This document shows, piece after piece, positions 9,654 through 18,304 of a stretch of 64,000 bases of DNA (within the stretch, counting starts at the first letter, position 1; each line of letters opens with the position of its first letter). The translations under genes and the position numbers were made by a program. Under the pieces are notes generated by a model. The model worked only from the letters and a program-made list of their open reading frames with translations, did no database searches and had not been told where the DNA came from. The stretch comes from Chthoniobacteraceae bacterium (GTDB lineage: Bacteria; Verrucomicrobiota; Verrucomicrobiia; Chthoniobacterales; Chthoniobacteraceae), in NCBI GenBank assembly GCA_947479475.1, contig CANJZW010000001.1:15313-79312 (forward strand), written 5' to 3'.

Positions 9654-9709
9654 CGCGAAGGTTGGCTTCGCGTGGAGAGCGGTTCCCTTTTTTGGGCGCC
9701 GCTCTTTTT
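9654..9709 (+). terminator. two consecutive hairpins, the second followed by a T-run; likely terminator of the autotransporter gene
   Basis: First hairpin: cgcgaag(gttgg)cttcgcg at 9654..9672. Second hairpin: agagcgg(...16 nt...)ccgctct at 9676..9705, running into ttttt. The site lies in a convergent intergenic gap. Confidence 0.6.
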
Positions 9710-9736
9710 CGACGGCACCCCTTTCCCAGGCTCTTT

Positions 9737-10633
9737 TTACTCCATGGAGTTGTGCTCCACAGCGAAGACGTGGGACTGCAGGTTGGCGATCCACTGTTTC
9801 CCACTTTCGGTCACCCTCAAATACTTGAGCCCATCTGTCAGGTAAGGCCGGACGACATTCCAGAAAAACGAGGCGTACCCTTTTCTCATGTCGTTGGGGT
9901 GCTTGTAGCCCAGCGCCTGGTTGGTCCCAAGTTGTTCGAATTCGTAAAATAGCGCCGGGATTTTTCGGGGATAGCTCGGATCTCCAAGCTGCCCGATAAA
10001 GTCCGCAGCCCTTGCCAGGCCTGCGTAGCTGTCGGTTTCCTGATATTCGGGACTCTTGGGCGGGGGGAAACGTGTCATTTCGATGCAGGCGCAGATCTGG
10101 TCGACGTGTGCTCCCAGAAGCGGACTCTTGCTGAACCGCTCCCGGATGAAAATCTGCCCTCGGCTGACATGGTAAGGCGTCAGTGCGGCGTCCGTGGCGC
10201 CCTCCGAGAGAGAGGTCGTTTCACTGCCGACGCCGGTTGCATAGAGGGGATCTGCGTCGGCTTTGCAGACGCCGCGGACGTACCCGATGTCGTGGAATAG
10301 CAGGGCGAGCATGAAGCTGAGCCAATCCTCAGAGGTGACGCTGCCGTCGATCAGATGTTTGCCGGTTAGAATGTCCTGGCCAGCGCTCGTCACAAGCATC
10401 GTGTGCTCGACATTGTGGTAGAGCATGTCCGAATTGCCGATGTTCTCGAGTGCCAAATGGGCGGCCCATCGGAGGGTGCTTCCAAAGTCGGGTCTGAGGG
10501 TGCCGAAATTTTGGAAGTAACGGGCTTCGAGGCTGGCGGCGAAGTTTTCGATGACAAGCTTGTGGCTGTTGAGCATAAAAAGGAGGGCCTCGTTTTTGCT
10601 CGGCTTCTTAAAAGCCTCCATACGAAGCGGCAC
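9737..10633 (-). CDS. HD-domain metal-dependent phosphohydrolase family protein
   Basis: H...HD signature: MLYHNVEHTMLV ... LALLFHDIGYVRG. The ORF is clean, has no strong competing frame, and shows ordinary soluble-protein composition. Confidence 0.75.
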   Translation of the reverse strand: MPLRMEAFKKPSKNEALLFMLNSHKLVIENFAASLEARYFQNFGTLRPDFGSTLRWAAHLALENIGNSDMLYHNVEHTMLVTSAGQDILTGKHLIDGSVTSEDWLSFMLALLFHDIGYVRGVCKADADPLYATGVGSETTSLSEGATDAALTPYHVSRGQIFIRERFSKSPLLGAHVDQICACIEMTRFPPPKSPEYQETDSYAGLARAADFIGQLGDPSYPRKIPALFYEFEQLGTNQALGYKHPNDMRKGYASFFWNVVRPYLTDGLKYLRVTESGKQWIANLQSHVFAVEHNSME

Positions 10634-11014
10634 TCATCCAAACACAGGCTGCGAGCAGATTCCAGTCAGATGCTGAGCTTTGGGCAGACTCAGCCTTAGA
10701 TTGCCGTAAGGAAAGCCAAGGGAGAATTGTAAAAGTGGGTGAGAGAAGCCATTTTAGCGGCACCGCAGGCTGGGGTGTGATTCGGCGGTGGGTATGAATT
10801 GAGTTCGCTATTAGAGAGAAAGTTTTTTTCGCTTAGGAGGAGGTATTCGATTTCAGTAGCGCTAAGAGCTCCACGTCTGTAAGCAATCTGACGAGAGCGA
10901 TGCTCCCATTGGCAGGTGTGCGTAGAATCTCTTGTAACTATTCCTTTCAACGGTGAAGGAGCATCCAATCCACCTCCCTGTGACGAACCGCTTAACCCGA
11001 GAAGATTCAGCTGC

Positions 11015-12250
11015 ATGAGCGACCTGCAAAACAGGGCCTCGCCCGCTGACACGCCCGGTATGGCTGATTTTATCGACCAGTATGGTTCTGGTCAGTTTGA
11101 GAGGGCCTTGAAACTGGGGCTCAGCCTTACTCAAAAACACGCAACCAGTCCTTATCTTTGGTCGGGAATTGCCGGATGTTGTGTGTTTTTAAAACAGTGG
11201 AAACTCGCGGTTACAGCGGGTCTGGCGGCCTGGACGCTGGATCCGGACAATCTGCACACGCTTGATGCGCTGTCCCATGCATCGGGAATGTTGGAGGACT
11301 GGGCCAGCGTTCAGCGTTATGGCCACGCCGCCCTTGCACTCAGAGACCGGCCTTTTGCGCAGAATGGCGTGGGAGCAGACGGGTTCGCAGGATTCGAACC
11401 CGCTGAACCGCTTCCTTTTCTCCCGGAATGTGACCGGAACGCCATTTGCTTTAGTTTGTTCGGTGGAGATTCAAAGTACTGCGAGAGCGCCATTCTGAAT
11501 GCGCAGGAAGTCTGGCGCATCTATCCGGGCTGGCATTGCCGGTTCTTTGTGGACGATTCGGTGCCGGCGGAGGTGAAAAGACGGCTCCTGGAAGCCGGGG
11601 CCCGCCTCATCGAGGTCGATGCAGAGATGCGCCATTGGCCAGGGACCATGTGGCGGTTTTCCGCCAGCGAGGACCCCACGTTGGACCGGATTTTGTTTCG
11701 TGATGCAGACTCCGTCATTTCAGAGCGTGAAGCCGGAGCGGTGGAGGAATGGCTTCAAAGTGGCAAACCTTTCCACATCATGCGCGATGCAGGTGCCCAT
11801 ACAGAGTTGATTCTGGCCGGCTTGTGGGCGTGCAGCCGAGGGAGTCTGCCTCCCATGCGCGCGTTGGTGGAGGAGTACCTTTCCAAAGGCGCCCCATCCG
11901 GGCGTTTTACCGACCAGCGTTTCCTGAGCAAATCGATCTGGCCGCTGGCAAGGGATCGCGTTCTTCAACACGACTCCCTCTTTGCGTTTAGGAATCCACG
12001 GCCCTTTCCTGAGGGGCCACACCGGACCGATTTCCACACCGGTTTCAACGAGAGTTCCGCCAGACTGCATATTCAGTTCGAGGCCCCGCAGGGCACGCGG
12101 GTTCGCTGGCGGATCATAGACCATGCAGGGCCTCAACCGGTGGAGGTTTGCTCCTATTTGGCGGTTGTGGATGGGTGGGGGTTTGATTTCAACCTTCCCC
12201 AGCGTTACCTTAAGCACCTCAGTAAGCGGTATTCTGTCGAAGTCGGCTGA
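11015..12250 (+). CDS. TPR-like N-terminal region fused to a DXD-motif glycosyltransferase-like domain (function unknown)
   Basis: The ORF opens at a GTG at 10916. In-frame ATGs at 11015 (MSDLQNR) and 11060 (MADFIDQ) are more plausible starts. Helical repeat region: ALKLGLSLTQKH...AGLAAWTLDPDNLHTLDALSHA. C-terminal block: CFSLFGGDSKY...YPGWHCRFFVDDSVP...MWRF...ILFRDADSVISEREA...FHIMRDAGAHTELILAGLWA. Confidence 0.6.
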   Translation: MSDLQNRASPADTPGMADFIDQYGSGQFERALKLGLSLTQKHATSPYLWSGIAGCCVFLKQWKLAVTAGLAAWTLDPDNLHTLDALSHASGMLEDWASVQRYGHAALALRDRPFAQNGVGADGFAGFEPAEPLPFLPECDRNAICFSLFGGDSKYCESAILNAQEVWRIYPGWHCRFFVDDSVPAEVKRRLLEAGARLIEVDAEMRHWPGTMWRFSASEDPTLDRILFRDADSVISEREAGAVEEWLQSGKPFHIMRDAGAHTELILAGLWACSRGSLPPMRALVEEYLSKGAPSGRFTDQRFLSKSIWPLARDRVLQHDSLFAFRNPRPFPEGPHRTDFHTGFNESSARLHIQFEAPQGTRVRWRIIDHAGPQPVEVCSYLAVVDGWGFDFNLPQRYLKHLSKRYSVEVG

Positions 12251-12275
12251 ACCGGGGCGGCAAAGAATTCACCCT

Positions 12276-12347
12276 GCCAGGGCGAAGCCCGCCTGAGTGA
12301 AGCCCTCCAGGGCAAAGCCCGCGTGTTACTTCGGCGTGTTACTTCGG
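12276..12347. repeat. short direct repeats in a convergent intergenic gap
   Basis: ccagggcGaagcccgc (12276..12291) and ccagggcAaagcccgc (12306..12321) are followed by a perfect tandem duplication gtgttacttcggc x2 (12322..12347). Confidence 0.5.
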
Positions 12348-12488
12348 CGTGGCCGTAGGCCAACCGTAGCGCAGTGCCGCACGCACTCTTGGTCACGGTG
12401 CGAAACGGGTTCCCGGTGCTTTGAAAACACGGAGCAAGAAAACCGCCCCGAGGCGCATTCCGTTGGATGCCGTCCACAACCAGAGCCC

Positions 12489-14378
12489 TTAAAAGTCCTC
12501 GTTTTTTCTCGAACCCGAATTGGCAGAGTTCTTCAGTCCGCGGGACTCGAGCAGGTACTCGAGCATACGCTGTTCATAGGGATTGGGCATTTGCGTTTTC
12601 TTGCTGAGGGTATCGAGAGTGCCCAGGTAAGGGGCGAGTTCCAGTTGTGCCCAATCCAGCACGTTTAATGCAAGAAGCGTTGCTGGCAGGTGCTTGTCCA
12701 AAACACTCAGGAGCATTTCCTGCGCTTTGAGCGCACGTCCCGCCTTGGCCAATGTCCAGGCCGCCATGACTCTCACCTCGCTGCATTCATCGTGCAGGCT
12801 GCCTTCCATCATATCGAGACTGGTCGCGTCCAGTTTGCCCAGTAAACAAAGGCCCACGGTGCCCCAATAACGGAGACCAGAATCAGGGCTCTTCACAAGG
12901 CCCAACAGCCGGTTTTTTTTGGCGGGCTGACCTGCGAGCGCGACGTCCGCCGCCTCAAGATAGGAGGCCAGATCGTACTGCTTTGGATCTCGGACCATTT
13001 CGTAAACGGTGGTCTTGAGCGCCGCCGCCCGGCGCTCACGCTCGCCTTCCGGAAGCAGCCCCGTATCGTGAATTTCGAGCTGCCAGGAGCGCAGCGCGGC
13101 CCGCATCGTTTCCAGCATCTTCTTGTGTTCCGGCATTCCTGCGAGGTTCACGACGTTGTCCGGATCCAGCTCCATGTCGTAGAGTTCTTCAAGCGGTTTG
13201 GTATTGAAAAACTCTCCGGTCACTGCGGTGGTCCGGTGTTTCTTGTGGGCGTCCTCCCAAGTCTGGGTAGCGACCATTTTCCACAGGTAATCCAGATGCT
13301 GGCCCCACGCGACATAGGGCATGTAATTTTTGATGTAGACGAACCGTTTGTTGCGCACGGAGCGCTGACTGTCGAAGCGTTCGTCCATCCGCTCCCGAAA
13401 ACTGAATGCAAACTCAGGCTCCGGTTCCGCCTTCGGTCCGAAAAAGACGTGGCCTTGCATCGCCCCCGGAACCTCAGCGCCGGCGATGCTGAGCCAGGTT
13501 TTTGGAAGATCCAGAAAGCTGACCAGCCTGTCGACCGTGCCCCCGGGTTGGGCGTCGGGCCAGAGGTGCTTGAATTTCTCCGGAATGCGCACGATGAGCG
13601 GAACGTGGATGCCGCTGTCAAAAAGGAAGCGTTTGCTTCTGGGCAGAACGCCGCCGTGATCGGAGTTGAAGATCACTATGGTATCTTCCGCGAGTCCGGC
13701 TTGTTCCAGGGCGGCGAGCGCCTTGCCAACCTCGCCATCCATGGCTTCGACGGCGTCGTGGTACTTTGCGTAATTCATCCGGATCGGCGTTTCATCCGGG
13801 TGGTATTTGGCCAAAGTGACTTCACTGGGGGAGTGCCGGGTGTTGGTGACCTCACCGTGGGCTTTACTCTCGTGCGAATCGTTGAAGTTCAGGACTTGAA
13901 AGAACGGTTGGCCGGGTTGGCGCTTGGTCCAGGCGGCTTGGGTGTTGCTGTCCCAGCACTCGGAGTCGGGACGGCCGCCAATGTTGTAATCCGTTTTTGG
14001 CCTGTTGGCGGCGTAGTACCCGGCGGCGCGTAGATAGTCAGGGTAGTATTTGAGGATTCCATGGGGGATCATGTAGCGGCTGCGCATGGCCTGGGTGCCC
14101 ATGGAAAGGGCGTTGATGCCGGTGATCCACGTGCTGCGGGAGGGCGCACACACGGGGGCGCAAGCATAGACGTGGGTGTAACGAAACCCCTGTTTGGCAA
14201 GCGCATCAATGTGGGGCGTTTTTGCCTCCGGATTTCCGTAACAGCCGAACCAGTTGACGCTGGAATCCTCGCAAACTAGCCAGAGAATATTGGGCCTTGA
14301 AGGGGGCGCTTCGGCAGCGGCCGCCCAGTCTGCGGAAAACACGAAGAGGGAAAGCAGGGGTAAAAAGGAGCGTTTCAT
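12489..14378 (-). CDS. sulfatase (formylglycine-dependent arylsulfatase family) with a C-terminal HEAT-like helical extension
   Basis: Signal peptide MKRSFLPLLSLFVFSADWAAAA. N-terminal PNILWLVCEDSS. Sulfatase signature C-A-P-S-R-S-T-W-I-T-G (Cys77, approximately 14136..14150). Also IVIFNSDHGG. The last ~170 aa are helical repeats (SPDSGLRYWGTVGLCLLG, DECSEVRVMAAWTLAKAG). Confidence 0.9.
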   Translation of the reverse strand: MKRSFLPLLSLFVFSADWAAAAEAPPSRPNILWLVCEDSSVNWFGCYGNPEAKTPHIDALAKQGFRYTHVYACAPVCAPSRSTWITGINALSMGTQAMRSRYMIPHGILKYYPDYLRAAGYYAANRPKTDYNIGGRPDSECWDSNTQAAWTKRQPGQPFFQVLNFNDSHESKAHGEVTNTRHSPSEVTLAKYHPDETPIRMNYAKYHDAVEAMDGEVGKALAALEQAGLAEDTIVIFNSDHGGVLPRSKRFLFDSGIHVPLIVRIPEKFKHLWPDAQPGGTVDRLVSFLDLPKTWLSIAGAEVPGAMQGHVFFGPKAEPEPEFAFSFRERMDERFDSQRSVRNKRFVYIKNYMPYVAWGQHLDYLWKMVATQTWEDAHKKHRTTAVTGEFFNTKPLEELYDMELDPDNVVNLAGMPEHKKMLETMRAALRSWQLEIHDTGLLPEGERERRAAALKTTVYEMVRDPKQYDLASYLEAADVALAGQPAKKNRLLGLVKSPDSGLRYWGTVGLCLLGKLDATSLDMMEGSLHDECSEVRVMAAWTLAKAGRALKAQEMLLSVLDKHLPATLLALNVLDWAQLELAPYLGTLDTLSKKTQMPNPYEQRMLEYLLESRGLKNSANSGSRKNEDF

Positions 14379-14642
14379 GAGGAGGGCAAAGTTTGTGATG
14401 AATACCGTGCTGCGGGGATTCTTCGGATGAACCTAATGGAAGCGAGCTTCCTTTGTACAAACCGCAACGTCTAGAAGCGAGAGCCCCAAGCTGCCAAAAC
14501 GCTGGAGGCGATGCCGTTGGGTTGCCGCCGGCGAATAAAACCGTGCATATTAACAAAGGGCAAATTATGTTGATAGGGTCTATAATCAATAGATCAAAAA
14601 TTACCTAAACCGTTCAGGCCATAAACTTGCAGCTCCCTTTAC

Positions 14643-17600
14643 ATGATTTTGCCAGCATATCGGCTTCTCAGGGCGACAATCATTGTTTGTCTATTGGTTT
14701 GTTCGTCTGCATTTGGCGCCCAGACACCAGCGCTGACGCCGTCGGAGAAAGAGTTTTTTGAAAACAAAATTCGCCCTCTTCTGACAAATAGTTGCCTAGA
14801 ATGTCACTCGGCTGAAAAGGGAAAAGTCAAAGGGGGCTTAAATATGGATTCACGGGATTCCTTGCTTAAGGGAGGGGAATCTGGGGCCGCCTTTAAGAAG
14901 GGGAATGCGGGAGGAAGTTTAATCATCAAGGCAGTCACGTGGGCTGACGATTTGCAGATGCCTCCCAAAAAAAAGCTTGGGCTGAATCAAATCGAAGATT
15001 TAAAAAAATGGATTGCGATGGGGGCGCCCGATCCCCGGGAAGCGGGAAAGATGATCGGCAAAGACAAAAAATCTCACTGGGCTTTCCAGCCGGTGGGGCG
15101 GCCGGCTGTGCCTGCCGTAAAGAATGCAGCCTGGTGCAATAATGCTGTGGACAAGTTTGTGTTAGCTAAACTTGAAGCCAAGGGAATGCTGCCTGCCGGG
15201 CCCGCGGAAAAGGAGGCGCTCTTGCGGCGCGCCTATTTTGATTTGATCGGTCTGCCGCCCACGCCCACCCAGATCGAAGATTTCGTGCGAGACCCAAATC
15301 CTGGGCAGGCTTATGAACGTGTGATTGACCAGTTGTTAGCAGATCCCGCATACGGTGAACGTTGGGCGAGACATTGGTTGGACACGGCGCGTTACTCCGA
15401 CACGACGGGTTTGGTTGGGGCGGAGCGGTTCCAGGATTTCAGATACGCTTATGCATATTCTTATAGAGACTGGGTCATTCGTTCCCTCAACACAGACATG
15501 CCCTACGACCAATTCATCATCAATCAGTTGGCGGCGGATAAAGTTTCTCAATCAAATAAGAAAAACCTCGCAGCTTTGGGTTTCTTGACCGTCGGTCAGC
15601 GCTTCACGCAGAACGACGACGTGCTCAACGACCGCATCGATGCTGTCGGTCGTGGTTTTCTCGGGCTTACCATTGCGTGCGCTCGCTGCCACGACCACAA
15701 GTTTGATCCCATTACGGCCGCCGACTATTACGCACTGCGGGGAGTGTTTGATTCCATCAGCGAGCCCAAGGAGGGGCCGATTGTGGGGGGCGACCCAAAT
15801 TCAAAGAGCTACCAAGAATTCAATCTGAAACTCGCAGACCTAGAAAACAAGGCGGTGGAGGCATTCTATCATATGGAGCGCGAAGTCTCCGACAAGCTGC
15901 GGAAGAACGCTGCCGCAGCTTTTGAAGCGGCCTATCTTTCCCGCCGGGATGCCAGCGCGGAAGAAAAGCAGAGAGGAACCGCTATTTTACAAAAGCAAAA
16001 GCTTCCACCACGCTTCGCCACAGACACCATAAAACTGAACCCTAATCATCCTGTCACTGGCCTCTATGTGAAAATGATTACCATGGGAGGGGATCGCGAC
16101 AAGGGACTTAAGGAATTACTGGAGGGGAGAGCGAAGGGACCGGTCTACAATTCAGCCGTGACAGAGTTTCTCAAAAAACAGCCCAGGCTGCCCTCCGATG
16201 TGCATGAAGTCTCTGTTCTCTTTGGAGCAATGATGGCTCAAATTGAACCACGAGTTGCGGGCTTATACGCGGAGATGAGAAATAAATCCAAGGACCCCAC
16301 CAATTCACCGCAAGCCGCCTCCATGGAGCTTGTGACCTATCCCTTCGGAATGATCCCGGAAGCTGCGATGACGATGGACAAGCTCCGGGAAGAGGGACGC
16401 AGATGGGGGATAGTTTTTGGTCCACAACTCGAGGCACGTGCTGGGTTGGGCAAAATCAACGAGCTCAAACTCACTTCCCGGGGAGGCCCCGTGCGGGCGA
16501 TGGTTGTAGAAGATCTGCCCAAACCCAGAGACTCGCCCCTTTTTGTGAGGGGTAATCCACCTAAACCGGGAGATGCGCCGCGCATCATTCCGCGCCGTTT
16601 TTTGGAGGTCTTAAGCGCGAACGGTACACCGTCTCCTTTTACACAGGGAAGCGGGCGGATGGAATTGGCGCAAGCCATTGCAAGCAAATCGAATCCGCTA
16701 ACGGCTCGGGTGCTTGTTAACCGTGTTTGGATGCATCATTTCGGAGAGGGTTTGGTGCGCACGCCAGATGATTTAGGGAACCAGTCCGGAAAGCCGAGTC
16801 ACCCTGAACTTTTGGATTTTTTAGCCAACTGGTTTACGGAAGATCTTGGGCCCTCCAAACCGGCGTGGTCTTTGAAGGCGCTCCATAAGGCAATCATGTT
16901 GTCCAACACCTACCAGCAGTCCAGCAACACCTCCTTTCGCAGCCGCTCGGTGAACTACGAAACCCTTGACCCTGCAAACAATCTGCTGTGGCACGCCAAT
17001 GTCCGCAGACTCGACTTTGAGAGTCTTCGCGATTCTTTGCTTTCGATGGCAGGAACCCTTGATCGGTCGTCTATCGGTGGTCCTTCTGTCAACCTCACAG
17101 AAGAGCCGTATTCATTCAGACGCGCCGTGTACGGCTACATCGATCGCAGTAAGGTTCCGGACCTGCTGATGCAGTTCGACATGGCAAACCCAGAGCAGCC
17201 CAACACGAAGCGCACAAGTACGATTGTTCCCCAACAGGCGCTTTTTCTGATGAACAGCCCTTTTGTCGCAGCCATCGTTCAGAAAATTGTTTCGCGAAAA
17301 GAAGTCGTGAAAGCGGTGAAGGTGGAGCAGAACACCGAGGCTGGGATTGCCGCGATTTTCAAAATTGTCCTGCAGCGCAATCCGTCCCCCTCAGAAAAGA
17401 AAATGGCTCTCGATTTCCTTTTAAAAGAAAACAAATTACAGGCGGGTGTCAAAAATGCCACGGCCCAGATCAACAAACAGGGCACCAAGCGCGCCGAGGG
17501 GAAATTGAAAGCTGAAGTGAATAGCAACAACAAGAAGCAGGCGATTGTAAATGAGGGAAAGCTGGTGAAACGCGTCACCTTTTCACCGTGGGAAACCCTC

Positions 17601-17645
17601 GTTCAGGCTCTCCTGTTTTCGAACGAGGCTGCATACGTCAATTAG
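14643..17645 (+). CDS. PSCyt1 / DUF1549 (PSCyt2) / DUF1553 (PSD1) family protein, putative c-type heme protein
   Basis: Signal peptide. CLECH at 14793..14807 followed by ...LQMPPKKKL. DUF1549-type block FDLIGLPPTP...GERWARHWLDTARYSDT. CARCHDHKFDP (15678..15692). DUF1553-type block NPLTARVLVNRVWMHHFGEGLVRTPDDLG ... RRLDFESLRDSLL ... TIVPQQALFLMNSPF. Confidence 0.9.
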   Translation: MILPAYRLLRATIIVCLLVCSSAFGAQTPALTPSEKEFFENKIRPLLTNSCLECHSAEKGKVKGGLNMDSRDSLLKGGESGAAFKKGNAGGSLIIKAVTWADDLQMPPKKKLGLNQIEDLKKWIAMGAPDPREAGKMIGKDKKSHWAFQPVGRPAVPAVKNAAWCNNAVDKFVLAKLEAKGMLPAGPAEKEALLRRAYFDLIGLPPTPTQIEDFVRDPNPGQAYERVIDQLLADPAYGERWARHWLDTARYSDTTGLVGAERFQDFRYAYAYSYRDWVIRSLNTDMPYDQFIINQLAADKVSQSNKKNLAALGFLTVGQRFTQNDDVLNDRIDAVGRGFLGLTIACARCHDHKFDPITAADYYALRGVFDSISEPKEGPIVGGDPNSKSYQEFNLKLADLENKAVEAFYHMEREVSDKLRKNAAAAFEAAYLSRRDASAEEKQRGTAILQKQKLPPRFATDTIKLNPNHPVTGLYVKMITMGGDRDKGLKELLEGRAKGPVYNSAVTEFLKKQPRLPSDVHEVSVLFGAMMAQIEPRVAGLYAEMRNKSKDPTNSPQAASMELVTYPFGMIPEAAMTMDKLREEGRRWGIVFGPQLEARAGLGKINELKLTSRGGPVRAMVVEDLPKPRDSPLFVRGNPPKPGDAPRIIPRRFLEVLSANGTPSPFTQGSGRMELAQAIASKSNPLTARVLVNRVWMHHFGEGLVRTPDDLGNQSGKPSHPELLDFLANWFTEDLGPSKPAWSLKALHKAIMLSNTYQQSSNTSFRSRSVNYETLDPANNLLWHANVRRLDFESLRDSLLSMAGTLDRSSIGGPSVNLTEEPYSFRRAVYGYIDRSKVPDLLMQFDMANPEQPNTKRTSTIVPQQALFLMNSPFVAAIVQKIVSRKEVVKAVKVEQNTEAGIAAIFKIVLQRNPSPSEKKMALDFLLKENKLQAGVKNATAQINKQGTKRAEGKLKAEVNSNNKKQAIVNEGKLVKRVTFSPWETLVQALLFSNEAAYVN

Positions 17646-17661
17646 AGGAAACGCCGTTCTT

Positions 17662-17700
17662 CCTCTTGAAACAAGAGGCGCTCTGGCTGCGCTGTTTTTT
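17662..17700. terminator. hairpin plus T-run between convergent genes
   Basis: cctcttg(aaa)caagagg at 17662..17678, then gcgc(tctggct)gcgc and tgtttttt ending at 17700. It lies in the 58-nt gap between the stops at 17645 (+) and 17704 (-). Confidence 0.5.
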
Positions 17701-17703
17701 CTT

Positions 17704-18285
17704 CTAACGCAGGCTTTCTCCGGCGGGGTCCGCGATGAGGTCGTCGGGTGTAAACATCTTCCTGTCGGGGCCGGCGGAGCGGATTTCAAAGTCGGCTTCC
17801 GCCACGGGGTGAACAAAATAAGGCGTACCCCAGCGGTCGAGAAGACGGCCGTTGGAACCGAAGACGGGATGATTTTTGGGCAGGGCGGCGTATTTCATTG
17901 GGTTTTGCCCCTTGAGCACGGCGGCAAGGTCGCTGTCATTTCCAATCGGCAGGCCTTCCCTGCGCCCAAGCCTGCGCAAGTGTTGGCGCAGGAGTGCATG
18001 CAGGGTGTCCACGTCGTGCTGAGGTGGAAAACGCGACGAGTTAAGCTCTGCGGCAAGAGGCGACACTTCTTCCGCTCCCTCGTCTGAATCAGTGGTGGTG
18101 TTCGACGTGGTGCTCGGATCGGCCAGCGGTGCGAGAGACGCGCTGGTTGCTGGATCTTGCTCCGGAGATTGGGGCGAGAAAAGGGATGAATCCCACGCCC
18201 CGTCCATCGGCTTCATGAGCCACAGAATGGCTCCGAGTGTGAGGATCCCGAGCCCCACCAGAACAAACTTGAGAGACTGTTTCAT
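17704..18285 (-). CDS. membrane-anchored protein with a type II secretion pseudopilin (GspG)-like C-terminal domain and no prepilin leader
   Basis: I prefer the ATG at 18285 (MKQSLKFVLVGLGILTLGAILWLM) because the longer 18360 start would overlap the upstream gene. A low-complexity acidic/Ser-Thr linker follows. The C-terminus LLDRWGTPYFVHPVAEADFEIRSAGPDRKMFTPDDLI resembles the DPWGnPY...S.GpDg..gT.DDI end of GspG-type pseudopilins. Confidence 0.6.
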   Translation of the reverse strand: MKQSLKFVLVGLGILTLGAILWLMKPMDGAWDSSLFSPQSPEQDPATSASLAPLADPSTTSNTTTDSDEGAEEVSPLAAELNSSRFPPQHDVDTLHALLRQHLRRLGRREGLPIGNDSDLAAVLKGQNPMKYAALPKNHPVFGSNGRLLDRWGTPYFVHPVAEADFEIRSAGPDRKMFTPDDLIADPAGESLR

Positions 18286-18304
18286 GCAGGCGGTCGCCAC
18301 CGGC

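Noticed and set aside
11378-11408. tRNA-like T-arm (gcagg-attcgaa-cccgc, the reverse complement of a GGTTCGAAT-type loop)
   Set aside because: No matching acceptor stem or anticodon arm can be built on either side. It lies inside a coding frame (GFAGFEPAEP), so it is a chance resemblance.
12276-12321. cagggc(a/g)aagcc motifs reminiscent of c-di-GMP-I (GEMM) riboswitch cores
   Set aside because: The region lies between the 3' ends of two convergent genes with no downstream ORF to regulate. The rest of the GEMM architecture cannot be drawn.
13068-14033. 321-aa plus-strand ORF opposite the sulfatase gene
   Set aside because: The sulfatase frame carries the CAPSR and DHGG signatures. The opposite-strand product has no recognisable features and a skewed composition.
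14560-14600. TTGATA...TATAAT pair in the AT-rich stretch upstream of the first PSCyt gene
   Set aside because: The spacing between the two hexamers is only 5 nt, and no acceptable -35 sits 17 nt upstream of TATAAT. I cannot call a promoter with confidence, although the AT-rich region probably contains one.
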